In this document: positions 1 through 9,112 of the stretch, in pieces
How positions within the stretch are numbered: position 1 is the first letter of the stretch
Layout of the letters: each line of letters begins with the position of its first letter
DNA from: an uncultured Bacteroidales bacterium
GTDB lineage: Bacteria; Bacteroidota; Bacteroidia; Bacteroidales; WCHB1-69
Length of the DNA: 64,000 bases
Assembly (NCBI GenBank): GCA_947167635.1
Contig: CAMVIT010000002.1
Coordinates: forward strand, 8,754-72,753
Direction: 5' to 3'
Notes under the pieces: generated by a model
The model's database searches: none
The model's input: only the letters and a program-made list of their open reading frames with translations
Told to the model about the DNA's origin: nothing
Program-made: the position numbers and the translations under genes

Positions 1-1635
1 CGTGCGGATGGCCAACTTGCTGAGCATGTCGTAGTCGGCGTGCCCCTTCTGCTTCTCCAGCATATCGTTGAGCGAGCTGCTGAGCGCCTTGGGCGTGTTG
101 GTCTTGAGGTCGAAGCCCAACTTCTTGACAAAGTTCTTGAAGGTGTCGATTTTCTCGTCCAGGGGCTTGTCGTGGATACGATACACGAACACGTTGGGCT
201 CCTTGCCCGTGAGCCGTTTGCGGCCCACCTTCTCGGCCACGCGCTTGTTGGCCAGAAGCATAAACTCTTCGATGAGCCAGTTGGCCTCCTTCTGCACCTT
301 GAGATAAACGCCGACGGGGTGGCCGCTCTCGTCGAGCTTGAATTTCACCTCCTCGGTCTCGAAGTTGATGGCGTTGTTGTCGAAGCGCTTCTTGCGCATA
401 ATCTGGGCCAGTTCGTTGAGCTTGGGCAGCACGTCGGAGAGGACGCCCTCGCCGGTGTCAATCACCTGCTGGGCCTGCTCGTAGTCGAGGCGGTGGTCGG
501 AGTTGATGACGGTGTGGCCGAACCACTCCTTGTGGACCTTGGCGTTGTCGTCGAGGTCGAAGACGGCGCTGTAGCAGAGCTTGTCCTCGTGGGGCCGCAG
601 CGAGCATAGGTTGTTGGAAAGCGCCTCGGGGAGCATCGGGATGGTGCGATCGACCAGATAGACGGACGTGGCGCGCTCGTAGGCCTCCTTGTCGAGGGCG
701 GTGCCGGGGCGCACGTAGTAGGAGACGTCGGCGATGTGGATGCCGATGCGGTACAGGCCGTTGTCGAGTTTCTCGTAGGAGATGGCATCGTCGAAGTCTT
801 TGGCGTCGGCGGGGTCGATGGTGAAGGTGATGACATCGCGGAAGTCGCGGCGCTGTTTGAGCTCTTTGGCCGAAATCTCCGTGGGGATGCTGTTGGCCTC
901 CTCCTCGACCTCCTTGGGGAACTTGAGCGGGAAGTCGTTTTCGGCGAGGATGGCCATCATCTCCACGTCGTTGTTGCCTGGCTTGCCGAGCACGTGGATC
1001 ACTTCGCCGAGGGGACTGCGCGTGCCGTTGGGCCAGTCCACGATGACGACGACCACTTTCTCGCCGCTCTTGGCCTTGCGCAGCAGGCGGCCGGGTATGA
1101 TGATGTCGCGGCGGAAGAAGACGTTGTCGGGGATGAAGTAGGCCACGCCCTTGCGGATGGAGATGGTGCCCACGAGCTGTTTGCGACTGCGCTCGAGCAC
1201 CTCCACGACCTGCCCCTCGGGACGCTTGCCCCGGCGGGTGGGGAAGAGCGCCACCTTGACGAGGTCGTTGTTGAGCGCGTTGCCCAGGTTGCCGTCGGCG
1301 ATGAAGATGTCCTCTGCCTGCGATTCGTCGGGCGAGTCATTCGGGTCGTTTTGCGGGATGACGAAGGACATGCCGCTACGCTTCATCTCAATACGGCCGA
1401 CCACATAGTTGCGGTTGACATCTTTGCCCTGCAGCTGCTTGTGATTCAGACGATATTTGCCACGTCCGGCCTTGAGCAGCAACTTGGCTTCCACAAGACG
1501 GTCGATTTGCAGCTTCACCTGCTCACGACCTTTTTTGTCGTAAATGTTGACCTTGGCGGCGATTTGCTTGTAGTTCAGTTTTTCGTTTTTGCCGGAGGCG
1601 AGGGCCTCCAATATTTTCTTTGCTAATAGTTCCAT
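1..1635 (-). CDS. rnr: Ribonuclease R (3' end runs off the window)
   Basis: Read manually on the minus strand from ATG at 1635: MELLAKKILEAL..., cold-shock/OB domains, then the RNB motifs TFTIDPADAKDFDDA, GIHIADVS and RATSVYLVDRTIPMLPEALSNNLCSL. Absent from the ORF track because it is open at the window edge. Confidence 0.95.
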   Translation of the reverse strand, partial: MELLAKKILEALASGKNEKLNYKQIAAKVNIYDKKGREQVKLQIDRLVEAKLLLKAGRGKYRLNHKQLQGKDVNRNYVVGRIEMKRSGMSFVIPQNDPNDSPDESQAEDIFIADGNLGNALNNDLVKVALFPTRRGKRPEGQVVEVLERSRKQLVGTISIRKGVAYFIPDNVFFRRDIIIPGRLLRKAKSGEKVVVVIVDWPNGTRSPLGEVIHVLGKPGNNDVEMMAILAENDFPLKFPKEVEEEANSIPTEISAKELKQRRDFRDVITFTIDPADAKDFDDAISYEKLDNGLYRIGIHIADVSYYVRPGTALDKEAYERATSVYLVDRTIPMLPEALSNNLCSLRPHEDKLCYSAVFDLDDNAKVHKEWFGHTVINSDHRLDYEQAQQVIDTGEGVLSDVLPKLNELAQIMRKKRFDNNAINFETEEVKFKLDESGHPVGVYLKVQKEANWLIEEFMLLANKRVAEKVGRKRLTGKEPNVFVYRIHDKPLDEKIDTFKNFVKKLGFDLKTNTPKALSSSLNDMLEKQKGHADYDMLSKLAIRT

Positions 1636-1718
1636 GTTTTGAGTCTCTGTTGGTCAATAAATGTTTGTTTCAAATTAAAGTTCTCTTTTTTGAATGATGA
1701 ATCTGTTTGTTCCAATTT

Positions 1719-2687
1719 TCACGGCAGTGTGGATTCCACCTTCAGTTTTCCGCCCTCGTCATAGATGAAGCATGCCTCTATCTCCTCGTCTCCCTTCACG
1801 ATTTGCAGGGCCCTCTCCAATCCCAGCACCATGAAGGCGGTGGCGTAGGCGTCGGCGGTGGTGCAGTCGGGAGCCACGACCGTGACGCTGAGCAGATTGG
1901 TCTCCTCGGGGCATCCTGTGGCGGGATTCAGAATATGGGTGTATCGTTTGCCGTCTTTTTCGAAAAAGTTCCGGTAGTTGCCGGAGGTGGCCACGGCGCG
2001 GTCATGCAGTTCAAAACTGCGTTGGCTCTCCACCGGGCCGTCAGCCGTGGCAGTCGGGGTCTGGATACCCACTCTCCAAGGCTTCTTGCCCTTGCTTCCG
2101 TGTGCGACAATCTCGCCGCCGATCTCGACCAGGCAGCTCTTGTGTCCTTTTGCCACAAGAAGCTCCGCCACTTTGTCAACCGCGAAGCCTTTGGCAATGG
2201 CGTTGAAGTCGAGTTTCACGCGCGGGTCGTCTTTCACCAACCGCCCGTCTTGGAGGTGTATCAGCCGACTGCCCACAAACAGCCTTACGGAGTCGAGGGT
2301 CGTTTGGGGCACGATCTGCTTCTGGTTCCCGCGTCCGAAACCCCATAGTTCCACGAGGGGTTGTACAGTGCAGTCGAACGCTCCGCCGGTCTTGGAGGTG
2401 ATGTCGAGGGCGGTTTGCAGGACACGGAGGAAGTCGTCGCTCAAATCGGGATCATGTCCCGCATTGACCCTCGAAATGAGCGAGTTGGTGTCGAAGATGG
2501 AGAAGGTGCTGTTGATCTGTCGCAGCACGGAGTCCACCTGCGAGGGTAGGGCAGAGTCGGGGTCGCCGACGTAGGCGATGTGGAATGTGGTGCCGAGTGC
2601 GACACCGTCGAATTGCTGCACGGTGGCACGCTGGCAGGCCCCGCTCAACAGCAGCAGGGCGAACAGGATAAGGGTTATTTTTTTCAC
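1719..2687 (-). CDS. apbE: FAD:protein FMN transferase (ApbE family lipoprotein)
   Basis: Motifs ALGT, GGAFDCTV, LDFNAIAKGFAVD, EIGGEI, ATSGNYR, HILNP, ADAYAT; lipobox LSGAC. Start placed at GTG 2687 (VKKITLILF), just after a -7 box. Confidence 0.93.
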   Translation of the reverse strand: MKKITLILFALLLLSGACQRATVQQFDGVALGTTFHIAYVGDPDSALPSQVDSVLRQINSTFSIFDTNSLISRVNAGHDPDLSDDFLRVLQTALDITSKTGGAFDCTVQPLVELWGFGRGNQKQIVPQTTLDSVRLFVGSRLIHLQDGRLVKDDPRVKLDFNAIAKGFAVDKVAELLVAKGHKSCLVEIGGEIVAHGSKGKKPWRVGIQTPTATADGPVESQRSFELHDRAVATSGNYRNFFEKDGKRYTHILNPATGCPEETNLLSVTVVAPDCTTADAYATAFMVLGLERALQIVKGDEEIEACFIYDEGGKLKVESTLP

Positions 2688-2692
2688 GGGTG

Positions 2693-2775
2693 CAAAGATA
2701 GTAAAATTCAAAGTCCATTGTTTTTTATTCCGCAGGAAAAGGTGTGTGCTCTTTTCGGAAAATATGTTATCTTTG
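2693..2775. promoter_or_regulatory. Divergent Bacteroidota -7 promoter boxes for apbE and the yqgE operon
   Basis: TATCTTTG on the minus strand at 2693-2700 and on the plus strand at 2768-2775; matches the TAnnTTTG consensus. Confidence 0.75.
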
Positions 2776-2800
2776 CCGCGTAAAAGAATATCCCTTTTGT

Positions 2801-3382
2801 ATGCCATACGCGAGCGATTTATTGAAAGTCAAGCAGACCGGCTTTTCGTTGGACGCCGGCAGGCTGTTGATTTCCGTGCCGTACTACAACGACGCCTTCT
2901 TCAATCGCTCGGTGGTGTTGTTGACGGATTACGATGCGGAGCATTGCGCCGGCTTGATTATCAACAGGCGGCTTCCTTACCGTGTTCGCGACTTGGTGGA
3001 CGGTTTGCGGGTGAACACCCCCATGTTCCTGGGCGGCCCTGTGATGCCGTGGGCCCTTTTCCTGTTGCACGATATTGAAAACAACGCCGCCTCGTCCCGC
3101 ATTGTGCCGAAAGTCTATGTCGGATACGACCAAAGTCTATTGACCCAGATTGAAAGCAATGCTTTGGCTTCCGGCAATTGCAAATTCCTGATGGGATATG
3201 CAGGCTGGTCGCCCGGGCAGCTGGAAGATGAAATTAGCAAAAACATGTGGGTCATCGGCAACCCGACCCCCGAACTGGTGTTCCATAAAGAGCCGGAGTC
3301 TGTCTGGTCCGAGTCGGTGCGCATTTTGGGCCCCGACTATGAGCACTGGCTGCGAATTCCCAAATATATTAATCTGAACTGA
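2801..3382 (+). CDS. YqgE/AlgH (UPF0301) family protein
   Basis: GRLLIS..F.RSVVLL, GLIINR, FLGGPV, GYAGWSPGQLEDEI...W motifs; ATG at 2801. Confidence 0.9.
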   Translation: MPYASDLLKVKQTGFSLDAGRLLISVPYYNDAFFNRSVVLLTDYDAEHCAGLIINRRLPYRVRDLVDGLRVNTPMFLGGPVMPWALFLLHDIENNAASSRIVPKVYVGYDQSLLTQIESNALASGNCKFLMGYAGWSPGQLEDEISKNMWVIGNPTPELVFHKEPESVWSESVRILGPDYEHWLRIPKYINLN

Positions 3383-4041
3383 TGAATAACAGAACCTGCA
3401 CTGTTCTTTTTCTGCTCTTTGCATTCTGGCTGACTGTCTGCGCTCAAGACCGGCCACCGGTGGGGACTTTCAAGGGTGGTGTCCTTGCGGGAGCGACCAC
3501 GTCCCAGATATCCGGGGACAATTTGGCTGGATTCCATAAACTGGGTGCCATGGCGGGTGTGTTCGCCAACTGTGTTTTGGTGGAACAACCCAAATTCGGC
3601 CTTAAGTTGCAAATGGAAATGGATTTTGTCATGAAGGGCAGCCACTCTTTCTCTCGTTCCGGACAAGCGGTGAACCCAATGGCAAAATATGTGCTTAATC
3701 TTGGCTATATAGAGGTTCCGGTCCTGCTTCGTTTCCGCATTGCAAGAATCACCATCCGCAACAGCAGCGATTTCGAGTTCGAGCTCGGCCCCGCGTTCGG
3801 CGTGAATCTTTATGCCCATGAAAGGGATGTGTATGGACGAATATTGGGCAGGCCTGCGTTTAATCGAATGGAGTTTTCCATGGTTGGCGGCCTGACGTAT
3901 GTGTTCAAGGAACATCACGGCATTACGCTCCGCTATTCCAACTCCATTGTGCCTGTGCGCATTCCCGACTGGGCTGTCAACAGGCGTATCAAGAAGCAGT
4001 TCAACTCGGTGCTGTACCTTATCTACTCCTATCAATTTTGA
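3382..4041 (+). CDS. Outer-membrane beta-barrel protein (PorT/porin-like)
   Basis: Signal peptide, GGVLAGATTSQISGD, LGYIEVPVLLRF, amphipathic strands, C-terminal YQF. Confidence 0.75.
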   Translation: MNNRTCTVLFLLFAFWLTVCAQDRPPVGTFKGGVLAGATTSQISGDNLAGFHKLGAMAGVFANCVLVEQPKFGLKLQMEMDFVMKGSHSFSRSGQAVNPMAKYVLNLGYIEVPVLLRFRIARITIRNSSDFEFELGPAFGVNLYAHERDVYGRILGRPAFNRMEFSMVGGLTYVFKEHHGITLRYSNSIVPVRIPDWAVNRRIKKQFNSVLYLIYSYQF

Positions 4042-5734
4042 AATCCTCTTCCACATCCCAGAAAGCACGCACATGGATGTCGTGCGCGAATGGAATGATG
4101 GGCTCTGGCTGGCGTTTGAGCGGGTAGTCGCCTGAATCCCATCGCCCGTTGCCGTTGATGTCCAAAATCGCTCTGATGTGGTATCCGTCAGGCTCCAGAT
4201 GCGGGTAAACGATGGTGCTGTCGGTCTGCAATATGTGCTGCTGCACAATTGATTTCCCACGCCAAAGTTGTACGATGACAGGATACTCCTCTCCTGTCAG
4301 TCGATAATTGATTTGGATGTTGCCATACTCTTTCTCGGATTTTGAAGTGAACGAGAGCCGAATGGTGTCGTTGGTCAGATTGTTGTACCCGAAGAACATG
4401 GAGTCAGGAATCATCAAGGTATAACTTTTCTTGTTTTCCAAATCGAGTGGAATCGGCAGCTCGGCGATGAAGGAGTCCGGGATGGAAAATCTGCTGACAA
4501 CGGTGTCGGCAACGCCTTGCCGCTGGAAGGATAGAAAAACAGGAAATGAATCCACAGGCTTCACAGGGTAGGAAAAATGCATCATCATGGGCTCACAACA
4601 ATGTCCCTCCTTTGAAAATGATACTTTCAGACGGGGAGCCTCCTGGGCTCTCGTGCCTCTTCCACCAGTGGTTTGCTTGGCTTTGTATGGCTTCAGGAGA
4701 ACCGTGTCGATTTGCTCGCCTCGAGTGAAAAGGATTGGGATGGTGTCGAAATCCAGGGATTTGAGATACCACGTCAGCGTGTCTCGGTTGGCCGACCATT
4801 TTTGGAAATACTCGACCGGATTGGCGGTGAACGTGCTTTGAAGGTCGCCGACAGAAGTGGAAAACGGGAACCTGTACATGCCGGCCTCGGGGTTGTCGTA
4901 GTGCAAAAGTTTGGGGACAGGGTCGGTTATGACAAAGCTGTGGAGCAATAGGGGAGCGCGTGTGGAATCTTTGTCGAGGATGTTTCCGATGCTGTCTTTG
5001 ACTTCAGGAGGATATGCCTGGATTCGTGTGTCGTTAAAAGCGATGACCTCATTGGGCAAATCATAGAAGTAGTTGCTGTTGATGTCCTTCAACGCGAAAA
5101 TCGTGTAATCACCTTCCGAGATGTTCCGGAAATGGAACGTCCCGTCTTTTTGTGTCCGGGTGACGTATGTGGGCAGGGTGTTCAAAGGCAGGGAGTCGTT
5201 GTCCTCACGGTAGAGCATGACCAGGAAGTTATCTTCACTTTCAAGCGTGAAGGCGTTTTGCACTTTCCCGTCGATCATGAACGAGTCGATATAACTGCCG
5301 GAGGAAAAGCTGTATTGATAGAAATTCAGCTTGTTGTTTTCGTTGAAGTCCTGTATGCAATTGGAAAAAACGATGTTGTAGGTGGTGTTCTCCCGCAGCG
5401 TGTCCTTGATTTTCATGGTGAGTGTTTTGCCATTGATTGAAAAATCGATGGGATGGGCAAATGGCGGGGAGACCATCACGTTGTCGTTGGGATTGTTCAA
5501 GGTGAAAAATTCGTCCATGGTGATGCGGATCTGCTTCTCATGGAAATTGACGCTCTGATTGGCGGGGACCTCCTTGACGATTTTCGGGGGCATGGTGTCC
5601 CGTGGCCCACCTACCGGCGCGGCAACCTTGGCGCACGCACCCAATAGTATCGTGACGATTGCTAATAGCATCGTCATACCGGCATTGGGACGGCCGTGTG
5701 TGCGTGGGGTCGGGGAGATAGGGTGAAGTTTCAT
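4019..5734 (-). CDS. Ig-like (Big_5) domain lipoprotein
   Basis: Lipobox LLGAC followed by A...P.GGPRD..PP; DxNxN and DINGNGRWDSG...RQPE motifs typical of this conserved Bacteroidota family. Start uncertain. Confidence 0.8.
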   Translation of the reverse strand: MKLHPISPTPRTHGRPNAGMTMLLAIVTILLGACAKVAAPVGGPRDTMPPKIVKEVPANQSVNFHEKQIRITMDEFFTLNNPNDNVMVSPPFAHPIDFSINGKTLTMKIKDTLRENTTYNIVFSNCIQDFNENNKLNFYQYSFSSGSYIDSFMIDGKVQNAFTLESEDNFLVMLYREDNDSLPLNTLPTYVTRTQKDGTFHFRNISEGDYTIFALKDINSNYFYDLPNEVIAFNDTRIQAYPPEVKDSIGNILDKDSTRAPLLLHSFVITDPVPKLLHYDNPEAGMYRFPFSTSVGDLQSTFTANPVEYFQKWSANRDTLTWYLKSLDFDTIPILFTRGEQIDTVLLKPYKAKQTTGGRGTRAQEAPRLKVSFSKEGHCCEPMMMHFSYPVKPVDSFPVFLSFQRQGVADTVVSRFSIPDSFIAELPIPLDLENKKSYTLMIPDSMFFGYNNLTNDTIRLSFTSKSEKEYGNIQINYRLTGEEYPVIVQLWRGKSIVQQHILQTDSTIVYPHLEPDGYHIRAILDINGNGRWDSGDYPLKRQPEPIIPFAHDIHVRAFWDVEEDFKIDRSR

Positions 5735-5749
5735 GGGCGAATTATCGTG

Positions 5750-7540
5750 TCACATCCTTTCAGGCACATCGATGCCGAGCAGCTTCATGCCGTTGCGAAG
5801 GGTGTTGGCCACCCACCGCGAGAGCTGCAGGCGCAGCAACCGCTTGTCAGGATCGGTTTCACGCATGACAGGAGTCTCTTGATAGAAATGGTTGAATTGT
5901 TTGGCAAGGTCATATACATAGTTGGCGATGAGCGCGGGACTGAGGTTCTCTCCGGCGGCAAGTACCACTTGCGGGTATTTGTAGAGCGTCTTGACAAGCT
6001 GCTTCTCCTCGCCTTCCGCGTGGATGCCGTCGGGAAGGGATGCGCTGATGTCCACCGACTGCTCCGCAGCCTTGCGCAGCAGCGAGCGGATACGGGCGTT
6101 CGTGTACTGGATGAAGGGGGCCGTGTTGCCATTGAAGTCGATGGATTCAGCCGGATTGAAGAGCATGTTCTTGGACGGGTCCACTTTGAGAATGAAATAT
6201 TTGAGCGCGCCAAGGCCGACCATCTCGTAGAGAGCCGCGGCTTCGTCAGGTTGGAAATCGAACTTGCCCAGTGCTTCCGTGCTCTTCTTGGCCTCCATGA
6301 ACATGTCGTCCATCAGATCGTCTGCATCCACAACGGTGCCTTCACGGGACTTCATCTTGCCCGAAGGCAGCTCCACCATGCCGTAGGATAGGTGGAATAT
6401 GCTGTCGCCGAATGCTTTGCCGAGTTTCTTGCCCAAAACAAGCTTGAGCACGTCAAAATGATAGTTCTGCTCGTTGCCTACAACATAAATCATGCGCGAG
6501 GGAGTGAACTCCTCGTAGCGCAGTTGCGCGGTGCCGAGGTCCTGCGTCATATAGACGGAGGTTCCGTCTTTGCGCAGCAGCACTTTCTCGTCCAGACCTT
6601 CATCAGTGAGGTTGACGCGCACGGAGCCGTCTTCGTGACGCTGGAACACGCCCTTGTCGAGGCCCTCCTGCACGAGTGCTTTGCCCAGCAAATAGGTGTT
6701 TGATTCGTAATAGGTCTTGTCAAATTGTATGCCGAGCCGGCGATAGGTCTCGTCGAAGCCGGCATACACCCATTGGTTCATTTTTTGCCACAGCGCGCGC
6801 ACTCCGGGGTCGTTGGCCTCCCAACGACGCAGCATCTCTCTGGCTTCAAGCATGATAGGCGCTTGCTGTGCGGCCTCCTCCTCGCTCATGCCTTTGGCGA
6901 TAAGATCGGCCTGCTCCTCTTTGTAGTGTTTGTCGAAGACAACGTAATAGTTACCCACCAGATGGTCGCCCTTGATGTGGGCGCTTTCCGGTGTCTCGCC
7001 GTTACCGTAGCGCAGCCAGGCCACCATCGACTTGCAGATGTGGATGCCGCGGTCGTTGACGAGATTCACCTGCACGACCGGATGACCGCATGCCTTCAGG
7101 ATTTGCGAGACGGAATGCCCTAACAGATTGTTTCTCACATGCCCAAGATGAAGAGGCTTGTTGGTGTTCGGGGAAGAGTATTCTATCAGCACAGGCGCCT
7201 CTTCGCGTGGGGCGAAAATGCCGTAAACCTCGTTCGCGTGTCCGTCGCGTAACTGATCGCGCCAAAAACTGTCCGCAATGGTGAGGTTGAGATATCCTTT
7301 TACTACATTGTATCCTGTCAGGCAGTCGAGCCGTTCGCACAATTTGTCGCCAATCTCCTTCGCGACGGCATCGGGTGCCTTGCGCGCCAGCTTGACATAC
7401 GGGAACACCACAATTGTCATGTCACCCTCGAATTCCTTGCGGGTGGGCTGCACCACAGAGGCGTCCGCTTCGATGTCTATGTTGTATAATTCTTTCAGAA
7501 CAACCTTGAGTTCTTGTGCAAGTGTGATCTCTAAAATCAT
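5750..7540 (-). CDS. argS: Arginine--tRNA ligase
   Basis: EYSSPNTNKPLHLGH (HIGH-type), KMKSREG, C-terminal GIDVPERM. Confidence 0.98.
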   Translation of the reverse strand: MILEITLAQELKVVLKELYNIDIEADASVVQPTRKEFEGDMTIVVFPYVKLARKAPDAVAKEIGDKLCERLDCLTGYNVVKGYLNLTIADSFWRDQLRDGHANEVYGIFAPREEAPVLIEYSSPNTNKPLHLGHVRNNLLGHSVSQILKACGHPVVQVNLVNDRGIHICKSMVAWLRYGNGETPESAHIKGDHLVGNYYVVFDKHYKEEQADLIAKGMSEEEAAQQAPIMLEAREMLRRWEANDPGVRALWQKMNQWVYAGFDETYRRLGIQFDKTYYESNTYLLGKALVQEGLDKGVFQRHEDGSVRVNLTDEGLDEKVLLRKDGTSVYMTQDLGTAQLRYEEFTPSRMIYVVGNEQNYHFDVLKLVLGKKLGKAFGDSIFHLSYGMVELPSGKMKSREGTVVDADDLMDDMFMEAKKSTEALGKFDFQPDEAAALYEMVGLGALKYFILKVDPSKNMLFNPAESIDFNGNTAPFIQYTNARIRSLLRKAAEQSVDISASLPDGIHAEGEEKQLVKTLYKYPQVVLAAGENLSPALIANYVYDLAKQFNHFYQETPVMRETDPDKRLLRLQLSRWVANTLRNGMKLLGIDVPERM

Positions 7541-7572
7541 GTATATTTGTTGTTAATATGATTATCTTCTTG

Positions 7573-8310
7573 TTAGATATGCTCCTCTTTCTTTTTGTTT
7601 CTGAAGAGGCTTTTCCAATAGTTGGTGTGCCAAAGAATATGGAAGATGGCGATGATGGTCATGGCGATGCCGAACTCCACATGCAGGAATTTGACGGTCC
7701 AAAACCAGTCCATTTTGATGTCATAGTTGATTTGGATGACGAGGAAAAAACCGAGGAGACAGGATACAAGTGCGCCTATGAGCAGTAGCACATTCCAGAT
7801 CTTGCGGTGGGTGGCTAATTTCATCACTTTCGCTTTGACAAGGATGAGGGTGAATGCATAGAGTCCGATTGTGAGTAGCGAGATGAGGATGAGATGGTAG
7901 GGGCTTCCGGAAGATGATTCATCCATATTTGATTCAACTTCATTCATTTCAGGTGCAGACAGGTCGGGTTCAGCGTTTTCCGGGGCAGGCACGGTGGCTC
8001 CTGTCATGCCATCGGGATCGTGTTTTTCAATTGGAGAGGCGGCTGGTTGATCCGCAGGTTCCTTCATTTGGGATTTTGGCGTCGTGCTTTTGTTCTCAGA
8101 TGTTGCATGTGTGTTCCCTGCCGGCACGACGGTTTCGGAGGCCTTGGCTTCAGTCTGGCTGGAGAGGTGCCCGTGGTCGCAGAACCCGTCGCCGTTTTCA
8201 TCAATGAAACGACCGCAGCGACCGGGACAGTCGGTTTGCGGGCAATCCACTTGGGCGAAGACGGGGATGGCGATAATGGCAAGCAGGAAAATGAGGATTG
8301 TTTTTTTCAT
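7573..8310 (-). CDS. Membrane protein with exported Cys-rich/DxNxDG N-terminus and DUF4405-like C-terminal helices
   Basis: Signal peptide, CPQTDCPGRCGRFIDENGDGFCDH, P/E/S/T-rich linker, three hydrophobic helices with His residues (HRKIWN, LHVEFG, FHILWH). Confidence 0.7.
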   Translation of the reverse strand: MKKTILIFLLAIIAIPVFAQVDCPQTDCPGRCGRFIDENGDGFCDHGHLSSQTEAKASETVVPAGNTHATSENKSTTPKSQMKEPADQPAASPIEKHDPDGMTGATVPAPENAEPDLSAPEMNEVESNMDESSSGSPYHLILISLLTIGLYAFTLILVKAKVMKLATHRKIWNVLLLIGALVSCLLGFFLVIQINYDIKMDWFWTVKFLHVEFGIAMTIIAIFHILWHTNYWKSLFRNKKKEEHI

Positions 8311-8333
8311 GAATTACAGCGAAAGGGTTTATC

Positions 8334-8369
8334 AAAAGGGGCGAGTGTTGAGCTCGCCCCTGTTTTTTT
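8334..8369. terminator. Intrinsic terminator hairpin downstream of the FKBP gene
   Basis: AGGGGCGAG (8337-8345) / CTCGCCCCT (8353-8361) flanked by A and T runs. Confidence 0.75.
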
Positions 8370-9042
8370 ATTTGAATGAGATTAATTCGATTTCGAAAAT
8401 CAGGGTTGCACCACCGGGGATTTGGCCGCCTGCGCCTCTGTCGCCGTAAGCGAGGTCGGAGGGGATGTAGAAGATGAATTTGGAACCGGTGGGCATCAGT
8501 TGGACACCTTCCGTCCAGCCGGGAATCACGCCGTTGAGCGGGAAGGAGATGGGCTCGCCGCCTTGTTTCTCAGTGGAATCGAACACGGTGCCGTCAATGA
8601 GCGTTCCCTTGTATTTTACAGTCACAGTGTTGGAAGCGGTAGGCTTTTCACCTGTGCCCATGGTGATGACTTTGTATTGGAGACCGGAAGGCGTGACCTT
8701 CACGTCCGGATTCTTCTTGTTCTCTTCAAGGAATATTCTCCCTTTCTCTTTTTCAACGGCAACGGCACTGTTTTGTTTGGCCTGCATATCCTGCTGGAGC
8801 ATCATGAATGCTTCTTGCATTTGCTCGTCAGAGAATTTGTTCTGGCCGGCCATGGCATCACGCAAGCCCTGCATGAGGGCGTCCAAGTTGAGTTCAATGC
8901 CGTCGTGAGCCACTTGGGTGCCCAAATTGGCGCCTATGGCGTAGCTGATTTTCTGTTCTTTTGTCATTTCTTCTTGGGATTTAACGGACAACGTGGAACC
9001 AGCAAAAAGAAGCACGAGTCCGAATGTGAGTAATTTTTTCAT
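8368..9042 (-). CDS. FKBP-type peptidyl-prolyl isomerase (FkpA/Mip-like)
   Basis: Signal peptide, SYAIG, SGLQYKV, YKGTLIDGTVFDS, VIPGWTEG, IPSDLAYG, LIFEIEL. Own -7 box TATTTTTG at 9080-9087. Confidence 0.95.
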   Translation of the reverse strand: MKKLLTFGLVLLFAGSTLSVKSQEEMTKEQKISYAIGANLGTQVAHDGIELNLDALMQGLRDAMAGQNKFSDEQMQEAFMMLQQDMQAKQNSAVAVEKEKGRIFLEENKKNPDVKVTPSGLQYKVITMGTGEKPTASNTVTVKYKGTLIDGTVFDSTEKQGGEPISFPLNGVIPGWTEGVQLMPTGSKFIFYIPSDLAYGDRGAGGQIPGGATLIFEIELISFK

Positions 9043-9112
9043 TTTTATTTGTTTTTTGAATTAATCGTTTAAAGGGCGGCAAAAATACAAAAAAAAAGGA
9101 AACAGGCCCCTC

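Noticed and set aside
40-1626. Long plus-strand ORFs (and many similar 200-470 aa ORFs opposite real genes throughout the window)
   Set aside because: They are antisense shadows of GC3-rich genes such as rnr, rocD, crt-hbd, nfeD and dnaE, with no recognisable motifs.
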